51,318 nt of DNA. It comes from Octopus sinensis. Taxonomy: Eukaryota. The notes under the pieces are model-generated. The model did no database searches. It was not told the DNA's origin and saw nothing but the letters and a program-made list of their open reading frames with translations. Where the stretch lies: the NCBI RefSeq assembly GCF_006345805.1, contig NW_021833947.1, positions 1 to 51,318 on the forward strand, written 5' to 3'. The translations under genes and the position numbers were made by a program. Of the stretch, positions 12,905 to 25,151 are shown in pieces; the stretch's first letter is position 1; every line of letters begins with the position of its first letter.

Positions 12905-13030
12905 TGGAGGAGGGAAGTAGTCGATTACATCGACCCCAGCGTTTCACTGGTGCTTAATTTATCGACTCCGAAAGGATGAAAAGGCAAAGTCGACCTCGGC
13001 GGAATTTGAACTCGGATCATAAGGACGGAT
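12905..13030 (-). mobile_element. SINE family B
   Basis: GTCGATTACATCGACCCCAG...GAAAGGATGAAAAGGCAAAGTCGACCTCGGCGGAATTTGAACTC. Confidence 0.8.
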
Positions 13031-13419
13031 GAAATGACGCTAATGGATTCATGTCTGCTAAATAATGATTTCTGACATTATGACAGATAAGTGTAAACTC
13101 TTGAAATCTATTTTACTATGCAATGGTAGTTATTTTTGATCAATATTTGGAAGATTATAAGATAAAATCAGATTCTGGTTGGATTTAAATTCAGGATATA
13201 GAGGACGTAACTAATTACTGGAATGGTAATTTGTCCGATATGCTAATGTTTCTGCCACCTAAAGTATTTTCTGGACAAATATTTCATTTTCGAAGATTAC
13301 AATGCAGTGGCTTCCCGATTCTTGAAGGTGTTATGTTACAAGAGGCAAATACTTAACGCCATATACTGTTGGACCAATAAATAATATTTTCTGCCATAGG
13401 CAAAAGGTTTGAAATTTTT

Positions 13420-13600
13420 CGGGAACGGGGTAGTCGATTACGTAAAATACAGTACTCAAATAGTACTTATTTTATCGTCTCCGAAAGGGTAAAAGCAAAG
13501 TTGACCTCGGCGAGATTTGAACTCAGAACGTAAAACCAGAAGAAATATCGTTAAACATCTTGTCTGGCTAGTTAACGATACTGCGAGCCCGCCGCCTTCT
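13420..13600 (-). mobile_element. SINE family B (diverged)
   Basis: GCAAAGTTGACCTCGGCGAGATTTGAACTCAGAACGT and degenerate head. Confidence 0.7.
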
Positions 13601-13672
13601 TGAGCTAATTAATAAGACATTACAAATGAATGTATTGGCAACAATTTCTGTTTAGGGGCTGATTTCACAAAC

Positions 13673-13901
13673 TTTAGGGTAAAGGGTGTAGTTAACTGTA
13701 TCTACTCCATCAGTTAAAGTATAGTTATTATATGGAATTGATGAAATATATTGGCTACTCTTGAAAAATGCAAATGGTGGTAACATAACAGCTAATTCAT
13801 GAGTCTTGGTCATCTCTGAGAACACCGTCCAATTTAGATCATAATTATGATTTAAATTGGACTCAAGATTTTCACACTTGGGTTGTGAGAAATAATTAAA
13901 T
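13673..13901 (-). CDS. Candidate internal coding exon of an unidentified, possibly glycosylated protein
   Basis: Acceptor cttcgccttttatatttttgcaatcag|A, then 76 open codons FNYFSQPKCENLESNLNHNYDLNWTVFSEMTKTHELAVMLPPFAFFKSSQYISSIPYNNYTLTDGVDTVNYTLYPK, then possible donor |GTTTGT; three N-x-T sequons; non-repetitive. Confidence 0.4.
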
Positions 13902-14419
13902 CTGATTGCAAAAATATAAAAGGCGAAGCTAATGTTGCCTGTATAGAATCGTGTAACGAAATTTCGCACACTATCTTTTCCAGCAAATTTTGCCTATTTC
14001 TGCATTCATAGTTTCAAAATAGCCGAAACGAGCAAATCGCATGTTACAGGATTCTTGAATCTAAATTCTGGTCGGTGATGTGTGGAAGGAAGAGAACATG
14101 GCCTGGCATATTAGATCTCAGTCAGGCTGGATTCATGAGACAGAGGTAAATTTTATTGTTCAACGTATCTGGTCATACAAGAGGAACAAAGAAAATTCTT
14201 TTCCTTGCTTTGTCGAGTAGGAAATGCTAGCGAACGTAGATATTTTCGTTTCAATGTTTCTGAGGTTGATGAGAGAAAATAAAGAGATTGTTCTCAAACT
14301 GGATATCTCGCCCAAAGGCTTGCAATAGAGTGAACTCAACTAATAGTATCCAAGTACCAAGTGGTTTGTCGAACCGAACAACGGGTTTAATGTATCACCC
14401 AAAGAAGTCAGTGAACAAG

Positions 14420-14790
14420 TACCACAGGGTATCGGGTTTGTCAGTCTATCATTTTATCATTTCCGCCAATCCTTTCTAAGCTGGTATTTTATTTAATAAA
14501 CTCGATAGAATGAAAAGCAAAGTTGACCATGGCGAGACCTGAACGCAGAACGCAAAGAGCCGGTACAAATATCGTAAAAAGTTTATCCTGTGCCATAAAC
14601 ATTCTGCCAGTTACTACATTGAATTAGTAGACGAATACGCTGACATGGTCGAATGGTTCAGAAGTTCGATACACAATCACAAGATCACATGTTTGATCTC
14701 TCTGCATAGCATCTTGAGTAAAGGTCACTTTATTTGTGGGTCGACCCGAGTCTTGTGAGTGAAATTGAGTGGACGCAACTGTGAGGATGC
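14420..14790 (-). mobile_element. Old SINE remnants (family B-like and C-like)
   Basis: AAAAGCAAAGTTGACCATGGCGAGACCTGAACGCAGAACG and CATCTTGAGTAAAGGTCACTTTATT similar to families B and C. Confidence 0.45.
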
Positions 14791-15811
14791 CCTTCACGTG
14801 TGACACATTGATATTATTTATAGATTAAGCTAAAGGTGCACGCACCTTTGTTTTACTCAACCAATGACACCAGTTCAATGAACAGGATTTCAGTTAATCG
14901 ACCAATTGAATATTCATCACCAAAACCAAAAGTGATCCATCTATTTTACGCAGACAGTAGACGATAGACTTGGTGGCTATATAACAATTTCTAATAACAT
15001 AGCAAATGATATAAAAAATCGATTTCGAATCAGAAATAGAGCGCGGACTGCTGTGTCGATGTCAATGATTTACTGGTATTTACAATACTGCATCGGCGAA
15101 AAATTCAAAGCCGACATTAACTGCATTTGAACTAACAATGTACGGTTGACGTAACTACGTAAAAACTACGACACTTTTGTTGTTGTTTACCACCATTTCA
15201 ACTCTGACTGAACATATGTATGATTAAAGACATTCTAACTAATTCTACGATTTCTAGCAGATCGAGTGACGACCACGTAGAGGTTCTTTCATTTGAACAC
15301 ATTAAATTCAACGTTGTATAATTTCCACCGTCTTGTCGCCACCATAATAGAGTCAGTAAGGAAGCTCAGATCAAAGAGGTTAGAGTTTAAGGATACTTTC
15401 CCCATCTGCTTTATTATAGTTAACCTCTATTCAGTGCAGTGGATCACAGAATCTGGAGAACGGCAGATAAAATGCTTTGTGAAGTGTAATCTCATCCACT
15501 ACGTCGTGAAATTAAATCTGAGCAATGTCGGTTTAGCGTTTAGTTCATCCTGCATTAATCAATAAAATGAGAAACAAGTAAGAATTTCGAGAGATTTCGT
15601 TGGGTTACAAACCTTGTAATAATTTGAAGCCATTACTCAAAGTCAGAATTTATGGAATTTAAACTTATACAAACGACACTAAAGTACATAACCTTATTAG
15701 CTTAAACCATAATCGTAAACAAACTTTTTATCAACCAAACAGTGAATTTCAGTAGGTTTATGACAGAGTATATGTCTATATATATATATATAGATATATG
15801 TGTTGACTCAT

Positions 15812-15907
<96 letters not shown>

Positions 15908-15955
15908 ATGTATGTATGTATGTATGTATGTATATATATATGTATATATATGTAT

Positions 15956-16205
<250 letters not shown>

Positions 16206-16460
16206 ACAGACTGTATTTGCCAGTAGGTTGCAATTAGTGCAGCGGAGAACAATCTCCCAAAATGTATGGTGTTAAATACCTGAGTCTCCTCCACTGCGCC
16301 ACATTTCAGCCTATGCCATATACACGTACCATATACTCCAAATATGTATCGTTGATTATGTTTTCTAACTAGCTACTTTGTTGTAAAATCTGTGCCCGAT
16401 GGTCGCTTATTTTTCTATATATCGCGAGCTGAAGCGAATCCCTACTATTTCTAATAGTCG

Positions 16461-16513
16461 GATGTTCACGACTGAAAAAGTAGTCCGAAACAGTTCGGTC
16501 TTGTGATCCCATC
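16461..16513 (+). ncRNA. Type I hammerhead-like motif with G8A core change
   Basis: TCACGA-CTGAAAA-AGTAGTCC-GAAAC-AGTTCG-GTC-TTGTGA; stem I 6 bp plus GATG/CATC extension; GUC site. Confidence 0.55.
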
Positions 16514-16660
16514 GTCCGCTAAAGGATGGTGGGAGTTGCTCCCCTGTTTATGATATATATACAGGGTGCAGGTTGCACCGGTAACCAGCTGGCGGAGGAT
16601 CTACCTGAGGTTAAAAGATAGTAACGTTGCAAAGCCATATCGATGTGGCGATAAGTATTA

Positions 16661-16705
<45 letters not shown>

Positions 16706-17087
16706 ATGTGTGTGTGTATATGTGTGTGTATTATTTAAAGTGAATTCCTTTTCTCGAGAATATGTTTACTAGATGTTACGTGTGTGTGTGTGTGTGGTGT
16801 GTGTGAGAGAGAGAGAGAGAGAGAGAGTGTGTGTGTACGCTCTTTTGATAAAATAATACCTACCCCAAGTCCTCCTTGATGACTTAAGGTAACACCTTTT
16901 TAGTTTAATTTTAGATAATTGATTTAAAGTAATCATCTACCGCAATTATGTAATTATACATATAATAAAGTTTATCTTAATGAAGCATCTGTTGATCATA
17001 ATTATATACGAACTATATGTGAAACGTAGAACTTTTAGCTTTATGCGACACATGTCACTCTTAAAATTCATCTTAGTCGATTATATA

Positions 17088-18520
17088 TATCCGCGAGGAT
17101 GAAGAGGCGATTGAGTAGGCTACGGGCGAAGATCTTACTTGCAATAAAATGAGATGTCCCGATAGTTGTTGCAATCATCTGGGTCTCCCTTCTTGTAGAT
17201 GGTGATGATAGTTGCATTCCGAAAGTCCTTCGGGGTGGAGGTCTTGCTTTCCCAGCTCTTGAGTATAAGGAGCATCAGATGGCTTCTCAGCTCAGGACAT
17301 CCGTGCGTGAAAAGCTCAAACGAGATGTTGTCTGTTCCTGGGGCTTTCCGCGGCTTTATGCGCGCAAGTACCTTGTTGAACTCATGGCGTGAGGGCGGCA
17401 GGGACATCCAATGGCGGATGGGGAGCTGTGGAGTGTTTTGGAGGAGATCGTCAGGAATGCATGAGTGATCGTTAAGTAGGCTCTCGAAATGGGACTGCCA
17501 GCAATCGAGGATTCGCTGTATATCGATTATCGTAGAGCCAGCTGCGTTCTTCAGGCCGCCTACTTATGACCTTGTGGAGCCAAAGATCTCCTTGGTTGCG
17601 GCATAACAAACTGTGCAAGTCTCGTTGGTCCGCATAGTTTTGCATCTCCTGTGCTTTCCTCTGCCACTAGATGTTCTGAGCTTCTCGAATTCCTCGCTGG
17701 CATTCCGCTGATGCTTGCTGGTGTTTTCATTTGTTCTCCGCAGTGGCATGGTTCTCGAGGGCTAGGCGCGTCCGGATTTTGACTTCGATCAGACTGGAGA
17801 TAGTTTCATCATTTTCGTCAAACCAGTCTTGGTCCTTCTTCCGGACAAAGTCGACCGTCTCCTCGGCAGCGGTTATGGCTTCTCGAAGGCTGGGCCAGCG
17901 ATCTTCATTGTAGGTTGGCTCTGGGAGGCCTATCAGATGTCTCTCAATGGATTACCTGAAGTCTTGGGATGCCTGTGAGTTCCGGAGTTTGGCACAGTCG
18001 AAGCGTCGGTAAGTTTGCTGAGACCCGCTTTGGGGGGCAGCGGATCTTGATGTCAAGGCGAGAAATAAGAAGGCTGTGATCCGTCCGGCAATCATCTGAA
18101 CCAGACATGGAGCGGGTGATGCGTACATGTCGTCTGTCCCTTGATCTTGTCAGAACTTAGTCGAGGATTTGCCAGTGTTTAGACAGCGGGTGTTTCCAGG
18201 TCGTTTTTTGTCGAAAACGGAAAAAAATAGGGAATTTGTGAGGACGAGTTCGTTCTCGGCGCAAAGGTCCAGGAGGAGTTGGCCATTGGCATCGCATTTC
18301 CCAATGCTGTGATGACAAAGAATGCTATTCCACAGAAAATGGTCACTGCCGACTCTGCCGTTAAAGTCTCACAACACGACGAGTTTGTCATGCGCGGGAA
18401 CTGTCTGGATGGTGCGGTTCAGCAGGTTGTAGAACGAAGACTTGACGTCGTCTTCAGGTGTAAGGATAGGGGCATACATAGAGATCAGCGTAAGGAATCT
18501 GTCCCGTGTGTGTGTGTATG
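17088..18520 (-). pseudogene. RTE-clade LINE fragment (AP endonuclease to RT N-terminus), frameshifted
   Basis: LISMYAP...DDVKSSFYNLL...HDKLVVL (endonuclease); KAPGTDNISFEL...FRNATIITIYKKGDPDDCNNYRDIS then IASKIFARSLLNRL (RTE-type RT). Confidence 0.9.
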
Positions 18521-18527
18521 CAGAAGT

Positions 18528-18725
18528 CGTGTAACTGGCAGAATCGTTAGTACGCCGGAGCAAGTGCTGAGCAGAATTCCGTTCGTTTCTACGTTCTGAG
18601 GTGAAATCCCTCCGAGGTCAACTTTGGCTTTCACTCTTTCGCGGACGACATAAAAAGTAACAGTTAATTACTGAGGTCGCTTTAATCGACTTACCCCTTT
18701 CACAAAATTGCTGACTTTGTGCCAA
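18528..18725 (+). mobile_element. SINE family B (diverged)
   Basis: CTGGCAGAATCGTTAGTACGCCG...CGTTCTGAGGTGAAATCC..CGAGGTCAACTTTG. Confidence 0.7.
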
Positions 18726-18999
18726 AGTTGAACCCGTACGTATGTATGTATGTATGCTCTGATTTATTTTTCGAATTCATTTTAGAGAAAGAGCTGCTTC
18801 ATAACCCAGAATCAAGCTTTATAAAAATTAGAATGGAGAAAACTTCAACGGGTATATTTGCATGTCTAAACACATGTGTGCCCGCAATCACATATGCATG
18901 TTCTCATATTTGTATAGATGTACATATGCATAAGTGTATATATGTTTGTACTGATATATTTTTTCTCTCCTTGTTTCTCTCCTTGTTTTTTCTGTGTCC

Positions 19000-19035
19000 C
19001 TTTCTGTAGAAGAGCGTAGGCTCGAAACGTAAAAG
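19000..19035 (+). ncRNA. Minimal hammerhead-like motif, U6 variant (family G)
   Basis: CTTT-CTGTAGA-A-GAGC-GTAG-GCTC-GAAAC-GTA-AAAG; flanking 18960-19130 homologous to 38380-38520. Confidence 0.6.
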
Positions 19036-20094
19036 ACTATTTCTATTCCTGAGCGTTATACTAATACATATGTTTGGTTTGTACACCACCTGTCTTCGTC
19101 TTTTGTTTTTTTCGTAAACTCTCCCTATATATATATATATATATATATATATGCATGCACTCATATATGATATATATGCACATATATCTATTTTCGTGTC
19201 TGCGGGTGTATGCATATGCATATATTTATGTTTGCATTTAAGCTTATATGTAGGTTTGCTTATCTTAATTTATCTTTTTTTTTCAAATAGGATCTTGTCT
19301 TTCTAAATTAGTTGTAGCTTTCAAGAGAATTTTTAAACATTAATAGTTCTCGGTTTTGAACGAAGCCTAATGGCAGTTTCTACTGTCAGTGGAATACAAC
19401 ATAGTGCTATTGATTTGTCTTCTGCAGTTTGTTGACTCTAAAAGTTTTTACTTGGATGAAAATATCTCCGTAACACAGTGTCTTCACTTAGTTACAAACC
19501 ATAACCTTTAAGTCAAAATCCAAGACCATTACCATGTATGAAATATTAAAGATAATGCTTGTAATACTGACTGATAATAAATTCACTAACTTACAGTGCT
19601 GAGGTTAAATCTCTCTGTAAATATTCCTTGCTAGGTGTTCGAGTCCACGTCGCTGCCTTGTTCGAAGATACGTTTCATGAAGAAATCTTCATTTGTATGT
19701 CATTGATGCATTGGGTTTTGCAGGAATATGCAGCAATACAGCTGCTTCGTAATTTATAGATTCGAAAGGAATGAAATTGGATCCTTTGATGCATTTCTAA
19801 TATTTCCATATTTTACCGTTTTTAAATTCTAAATATCTGATAATCGAAGCTTGTATATGGTTAGATTACGTAATGAGAATTCTGGAGTGTAAGAAAACAT
19901 GGGACAACATATTAGGAAAAGATCTCATTGGATCTAATTTGTATGGAGAAGCTTTGCTGCTCGATGTATTTGTTTACACATAAGGAAATACTAGAAATTT
20001 TTCACTGTTTAACGGAGAATTCGAAATTCAACAGAGTTAAAATGCCGAAATTAAATATCTAAAATTTCTTACAACCTTACAGATCTAACACTCT

Positions 20095-20497
20095 CTCTCT
20101 CTTTTACTCTTTTACTTGTTTCAGTCATTTGACTGCGGCCATGCTGGAGCACCGCCTTTAGTTCCCCTAGCAAATCGACCCCGGAACTTATTCTTTGTAA
20201 GCCCAGTATTTATTCAATCGGTCTCTTTTGCCGAACCGCTAAGTGACGGGGACGTAAACACACCAGCATCGGTTGTCAAGCAATTCTAGGGGGACAAACA
20301 CAGACATACAAACACACACACACACATACATATATACGACGAGCTTCTTTCAGTTTCCGTCTACCAAATCCACTCACATGGCATTGGTCGGCCCGGCTAT
20401 AGCAGAAGACACTTGTCCAAGATGCCACGCAGTGGGACTGAACCCGGAACCATGTGGTTGGTTAGCAAGCTACTTACCACACAGCCACTCCTACGCT
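20095..20497 (-). mobile_element. Main-family SINE, full length
   Basis: Reverse complement of head, core and tail. Confidence 0.9.
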
Positions 20498-20564
20498 TAT
20501 ATTGATCTTTTATATAGGCAAAATACGCTAGTTGTTTTTCTATTACCATTACTTCTTATTCAAA

Positions 20565-20938
20565 TATCTTTTACTTTTGTCAGTCATTGGACTACGGCCA
20601 TGCTAGTGCACCGCCTTGAAGCGGTTTACTCGATTAGATGCCCCCCCCACTATTTGTTTTTAAGGCTTATTGGTTCCATTTGCCGAGCAACTACTTTACG
20701 GGGACGTAAACAGTCAAAGGTTGTCAAGCAGAGAGCATGGGACAAAAACAGACACTAAAATACATATACATGTACGACGGGCTTTCATACAGCTTCCCGC
20801 TACCAAGTCAGCCACAAAAAATTGGTCGGCCCGGGTCTAAAGTAGAAGACACTTGTCTACGGTGCCACGCAGTGCGATGGAGCCGCAGCTATGTGATTGT
20901 GAAGCGAGTTCCTTAACCACACAGCCACTTCTGCGTCT
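20565..20938 (-). mobile_element. Main-family SINE, diverged
   Basis: Degenerate full-length match. Confidence 0.75.
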
Positions 20939-21045
20939 ATTAACCATACCTTAGTACCTGATTGGTAAGGACTATATATAAGTGTATATACGCATACTCT
21001 CTCTCTCTTCCTCTCTCTCTCGCTCTCTCTCTCACACACACATAG

Positions 21046-21385
21046 TCTTTACTAGTTTCAGTCATTTGACTGCGGCCATGCTGGAGCACCGCTTTTACTC
21101 GAGCAAATCGACCCCAGGACTTATTCTTTATAAGCCTAGTACTTATTCTATCGGTGTCTTTTGCCGAACCGCTAAGTTACGGGGACATAAACACACCAGC
21201 ATCGGTTGTCAAGCGATGTTGGGGGGACAAACAGACACACAAACACACATACATACATATATACGACGGGCTTTCTTTCAGTTTCCGTCTACCAAATCCA
21301 CTCACAAGGCTTTGGTCGGCCCGAGGATATAGTAGAAAACACTTGGCCAAGGTGCCACGCAGTGGGACTGAACCCAGGACCATGT
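21046..21385 (-). mobile_element. Main-family SINE, head truncated at (TA)n
   Basis: Match from tail to the B-box region. Confidence 0.85.
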
Positions 21386-21629
21386 ATTTGTTTATAAGAA
21401 TATATACAAACATGCATATATATATATTATATATATATATTATATATATATATATATAATATATATATATATATTCTCAAAATAAGCAACAGGTTTGACT
21501 CCGGTAATTTTGATTATAATCACCCCACATATTTTTATGGATAACACCATACAAAATTCTGGTGCATTTAAATTAAGTACCATATTCATTTGAATCTAAA
21601 TTTATGCTGAACTTATATATATATATATA

Positions 21630-21745
21630 TATTATATTAAATTAGAGATAAAACCACTATTAGGCAAATCAAACAATTAAAAACATAAGCCAATACATAA
21701 AATTAATTAATTATATTATTTTAAATATATATCAAAAGTATTAAA
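21630..21745 (-). mobile_element. Family F fragment (sequence that follows the 30773 hammerhead)
   Basis: Reverse complement TTTTATGTATTGGCTTA...TTGTTTGATTTGCCTAATAGTGGTTTTATCTCTAATTTAATA matches 30870-30940. Confidence 0.7.
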
Positions 21746-21766
21746 AGTTTAATAAAAGATAAAGAG

Positions 21767-21811
<45 letters not shown>

Positions 21812-21815
<4 letters not shown>

Positions 21816-21928
21816 CTGCTCGCTTAGCCAGCGGGGTGGCGTCATTTGAAGGCTAAAACAATGCGAACGCATTGTGACCAGCGATGTGTAACAACATCTG
21901 ACGGTCTGGTCGGTCCCGTGATCCCGTG

Positions 21929-21930
<2 letters not shown>
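21812..21930 (+). mobile_element. 3' tail fragment shared with SINE family D
   Basis: GCTTAGCCAGCGGGGTGGCGTCATTTGAAGGC...GCATTGTGACCAGCGATGTGTAACAACATCTGAC. Confidence 0.7.
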
Positions 21931-21959
<29 letters not shown>

Positions 21960-22619
21960 TATATGTATACATATATGTATATCTGTGTGTGTTTGTGTTT
22001 ATATACAGATATGAAAGGAAATCAAGACATGCGGCATTGGAGCTCCGAATATTGCTGTTTACTTAGTTTCCACCACCTGCGCTTTATATATTTTGTTGCA
22101 CTAACTTTAATGTAGAATTCATTTATTACACTAATATGTTGGTTACGTACTTGGAAAGAAAGTAACAAATTTATAATGTTTATGCCATTCCCACCAACTT
22201 TAGCCGTGCTGACTGTATGATCCGAAACCTCGTCATAAATTCAGGCTTTAAATACCGACAAATAAAAATAATAATACAAACAATAACAAATTCAATCACC
22301 TATTTTAATTATAAAGAATATAAAATGTTTGAATTTTTACAAAAATTTATGCTTTTCCTCATTGCAGCATTACAATGTTGTTCGTTAAAACAAATATTGA
22401 ACAACTCTTAAAATTAGATAAATTAATTTTTCGCATTTCAATAGTCCTTTGATTAAGAAATATCTGAATAATTGTTCCTATTTATTTATTTTTTTTATTT
22501 AATTTCTGTTATATTTATTCGATAATATTTCTCCCGTTTCTTAGTCTTTAGCATTCTAGGGTTTCATGTTGCATTAAGAAGCTATTATCATTATTGCGCG
22601 GTGGATGACAAAGCTTGAA

Positions 22620-23035
22620 ATACAGTTTTATATTTAAGAGATGGTGTATTATGTACATTATTTATATTTGACGGATATTTGTCCTCATCTTGTTTGTTGT
22701 TAACACAACGTTTCGGCTGATATATCCTCCAGTCTTCATCAGGTGTCTTGGGGAAATTCTCATTCCTAAGGTAATTTTCGATGTTATTATTATTATTGAG
22801 TGAGAGAGCAGTTCATGCCATCAAAGTGACACTGGGGTAAAATATACGAAGCCCAATATACCCATCATGACTACCCGTCTGATAAGGGTACACCAGGCAC
22901 ATGCATCACAACCATATGTGCGCGACATGGTTATCTCATATCAAGATAAACAGCACATGACCTTGCAGGTGGGGCCCAGTTAGAATTTTCTTCAGGTTGA
23001 GTAGCCCATCCCGCTCAAAAGGTCCCTGAATAAGG

Positions 23036-23102
<67 letters not shown>

Positions 23103-23327
23103 CGAGCTCGGAATTATGGGTTAGTAGCCTGCGCTCTTAACCACTACGTCTCATGCCCGTGGGCAATTATGGAGTGAATGTTAGGGCTTATAAATCTAAT
23201 ATTTTCCTATCCTCCCTTAATACCGGTTCCCATATGCTATTCATATCTGCACTCGGTCTGCTTAGGAGGTTGTTGTGTCCTAGCATATGTGCTGCTTCTT
23301 TTAATTTTTGTATTTTCCTATGCAAGA
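22620..23327 (-). mobile_element. Penelope-like element 3' end (GIY-YIG C-terminus, tRNA-like segment, HHR terminal repeat)
   Basis: Minus strand encodes KIQKLKEAAHMLGHNNLLSRPSADMNSIWEPVL, similar to PLE endonuclease C-termini; followed by a tRNA-like segment and an HHR; interrupted by a foreign insert at ~22796-23036. Confidence 0.65.
22702..22747 (-). ncRNA. Minimal type I hammerhead ribozyme (PLE type)
   Basis: GACAC-CTGATGA-A-GACTG-GAGGATATAT-CAGCC-GAAAC-GTT-GTGTT; stem I 5 bp, stem II 4/5 pairs, loopless palindromic ACGT stem III. Confidence 0.8.
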
Positions 23328-23480
23328 GTGGCTGTGTGGTAAGTAGCTTGTTTACCAACCATATGGTTCCGGGTTTAGTCCCATTGCGTGGCACATTGGG
23401 CAAGTGTCTTCTGCTATAGCTTCGGGCCAACCAAAGCCTTGTGAGTGGATTTGGTAGACGAAAACTGAAAGAAGCTCGTC

Positions 23481-23520
<40 letters not shown>

Positions 23521-23536
23521 GACGAGCTTCTTTCAG

Positions 23537-23621
<85 letters not shown>

Positions 23622-23873
23622 TGTATGTATGTATGTGTGTGTATATGTTTGTGTGTGTATATGTTTGTGTGTCTGTGTTTGTCCCCCAACATTGCTTGAC
23701 AACCGATGCTGGTGTGTTTACGTCCCCGTAACTTAGCGGTTCGGTAAAAGAGACCGACATAATAAGTACTAGGCTTACAAAGAATAAGTCCTGGGGTCGA
23801 TTTGTTTGACTAAAGGCAGTGCTCCAGCATGGCCGCAGTTTCATGACTGAAGTAAGTAAAAGAGTAAAGAGTA
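23324..23873 (+). mobile_element. Main-family SINE with expanded, palindromic central microsatellite
   Basis: Head 23324-23481, inverted duplication 23520-23539, tail to 23873. Confidence 0.85.
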
Positions 23874-24195
23874 GACCGAGTGCAAATATGAATAGCATAT
23901 GGGAACCAGTATTAAGGAATGATTGGAAAATATTAGATTTATAAGCCCTAAATTTCACTCTATAATTGCCACGTAGCGATTCAGAGCGCGGGCTACTAAC
24001 CCCCAAGATTCCGAGTTCGATTCCAGGCAGGGACCTGAATAACAATAATCATGATAATAACATCGAAAATTACCTTAGGAATGAGAACTTATGTTCAAAA
24101 TTTCCCCAAGACACCTGATGAAGGCTGGAGGGTATATAAGCCGAAACAACAAACAAGATGAGGACAAATATCCGTCAAATATAAATAATGTAAAT
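23874..24195 (+). mobile_element. Penelope-like element 3' end, inverted relative to 22620-23327
   Basis: AGACCGAGTGCAAATATGAATAGCATATGGGAACC...GTTCGATTCC...CCCCAAGACACCTGATGAAGGCTGG is the reverse complement of the left arm. Confidence 0.75.
24110..24147 (+). ncRNA. Hammerhead core with cleavage site deleted
   Basis: GACAC-CTGATGA-A-GGCT...AGCC-GAAAC, then the GTTGTGTTAAC segment present in the 22702 copy is missing. Confidence 0.65.
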
Positions 24196-24950
24196 AAAAC
24201 CTGAAATCTTCCGACATTCCTTCCCTTTACTTTCGTAGTTTCAAATCAAACCTTCCATACTTGCCGGTGCAATGAAATAAATAATCAGTCAAGGGATCTG
24301 ATCGACATATGCTACTCTTATCTCTCACTCACTAATATTGTCGCCATTTTGCTGCTATCGAAATTGCTTCATTTCGCTGTCAGTGGTGTTCAATTTCTAC
24401 AAAGTTCATTTAAATACTCTTTCTGGAGTATTTAAAAATTAAGAGTCCTGGTATTTTTAGATACCTAGTCCATTAACTCGCCATGGAGGAAAAAGTCTCT
24501 CAGTTTAAAATTTATTTGACTTAAAAACATTTGATCACTTACAATTTTTAGAAAGGCAGTAGCATCGATCATGCTTATAAAAATCTTCGAAGCAAAAAAC
24601 ATAAGAAGATTTGTTCAAAATTGTGGAAAGATAAACACTGTCAAAAAAAAAAAAAGAAAAATTAAACAAATAGAAGCGAAAGCAAACATAAATGCTGACA
24701 TTGACGCTTCGAGAAATATACAGAAAACACAAGCAAACACATTTCTTATGCAAACAAAGTCTGGCGATAGCTGAAAATTTTGCCCACTAAAAATTCCAAT
24801 AAAACAATCACAACACCTCAAAAACTGCATTGCTAATTTGCTAATGTGTTAAGCCAAATAAGTTTGGAATATGGGGACGTTTCTCTACAAAACAAAGGTC
24901 ATGAGAAAATTGTCATGCAAAATTGTTTTTTTTTTTGCCTGACAATTTAA

Positions 24951-25151
24951 TCAAAGAAATAACCAGAAGAAAGTAACATTCATGTACTTTTCATAAAACA
25001 TAATTGTCAATAGTTTCTCAGAGGCGTTAGTCATATTGATGGATGGATTGGTGTAGTTTTCACTGACTGAGGTAGGGCATATAGAAGCATATGCCTGGCC
25101 TTCGAAACTGATATGAAATGAGGCAGCTGCCCCAGTTGGTTCATCACATTC
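24951..25151 (-). CDS. Candidate coding exon (frame uncertain)
   Basis: Unique, GC-richer island. One frame reads ECDEPTGAAASFHISFEGQAYASICPTSVSENYTNPSINMTNASEKLLTIMFYEK (several N-x-S/T). Another frame, after acatatttag| just upstream, reads YVPTGRNVMNQLGQLPHFISVSKARHMLLYALP with donor |GTCAGT. Confidence 0.25.
   Translation of the reverse strand, partial: ECDEPTGAAASFHISFEGQAYASICPTSVSENYTNPSINMTNASEKLLTIMFYEKYMNVTFFWLFL

Noticed and set aside
16990-17040. CTGTTGA...GAAACGTA as a fourth U6 hammerhead
   Set aside because: Stem I pairs poorly and stem II is closed by a T.T mismatch
19585-19880. Minus-strand acceptor and GTAAGT donor suggesting an exon
   Set aside because: All three frames contain stops between the sites
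23975-24030. tRNA-Ser-like gene
   Set aside because: Acceptor stem and cloverleaf incomplete; treated as a tRNA-derived segment of a repeat
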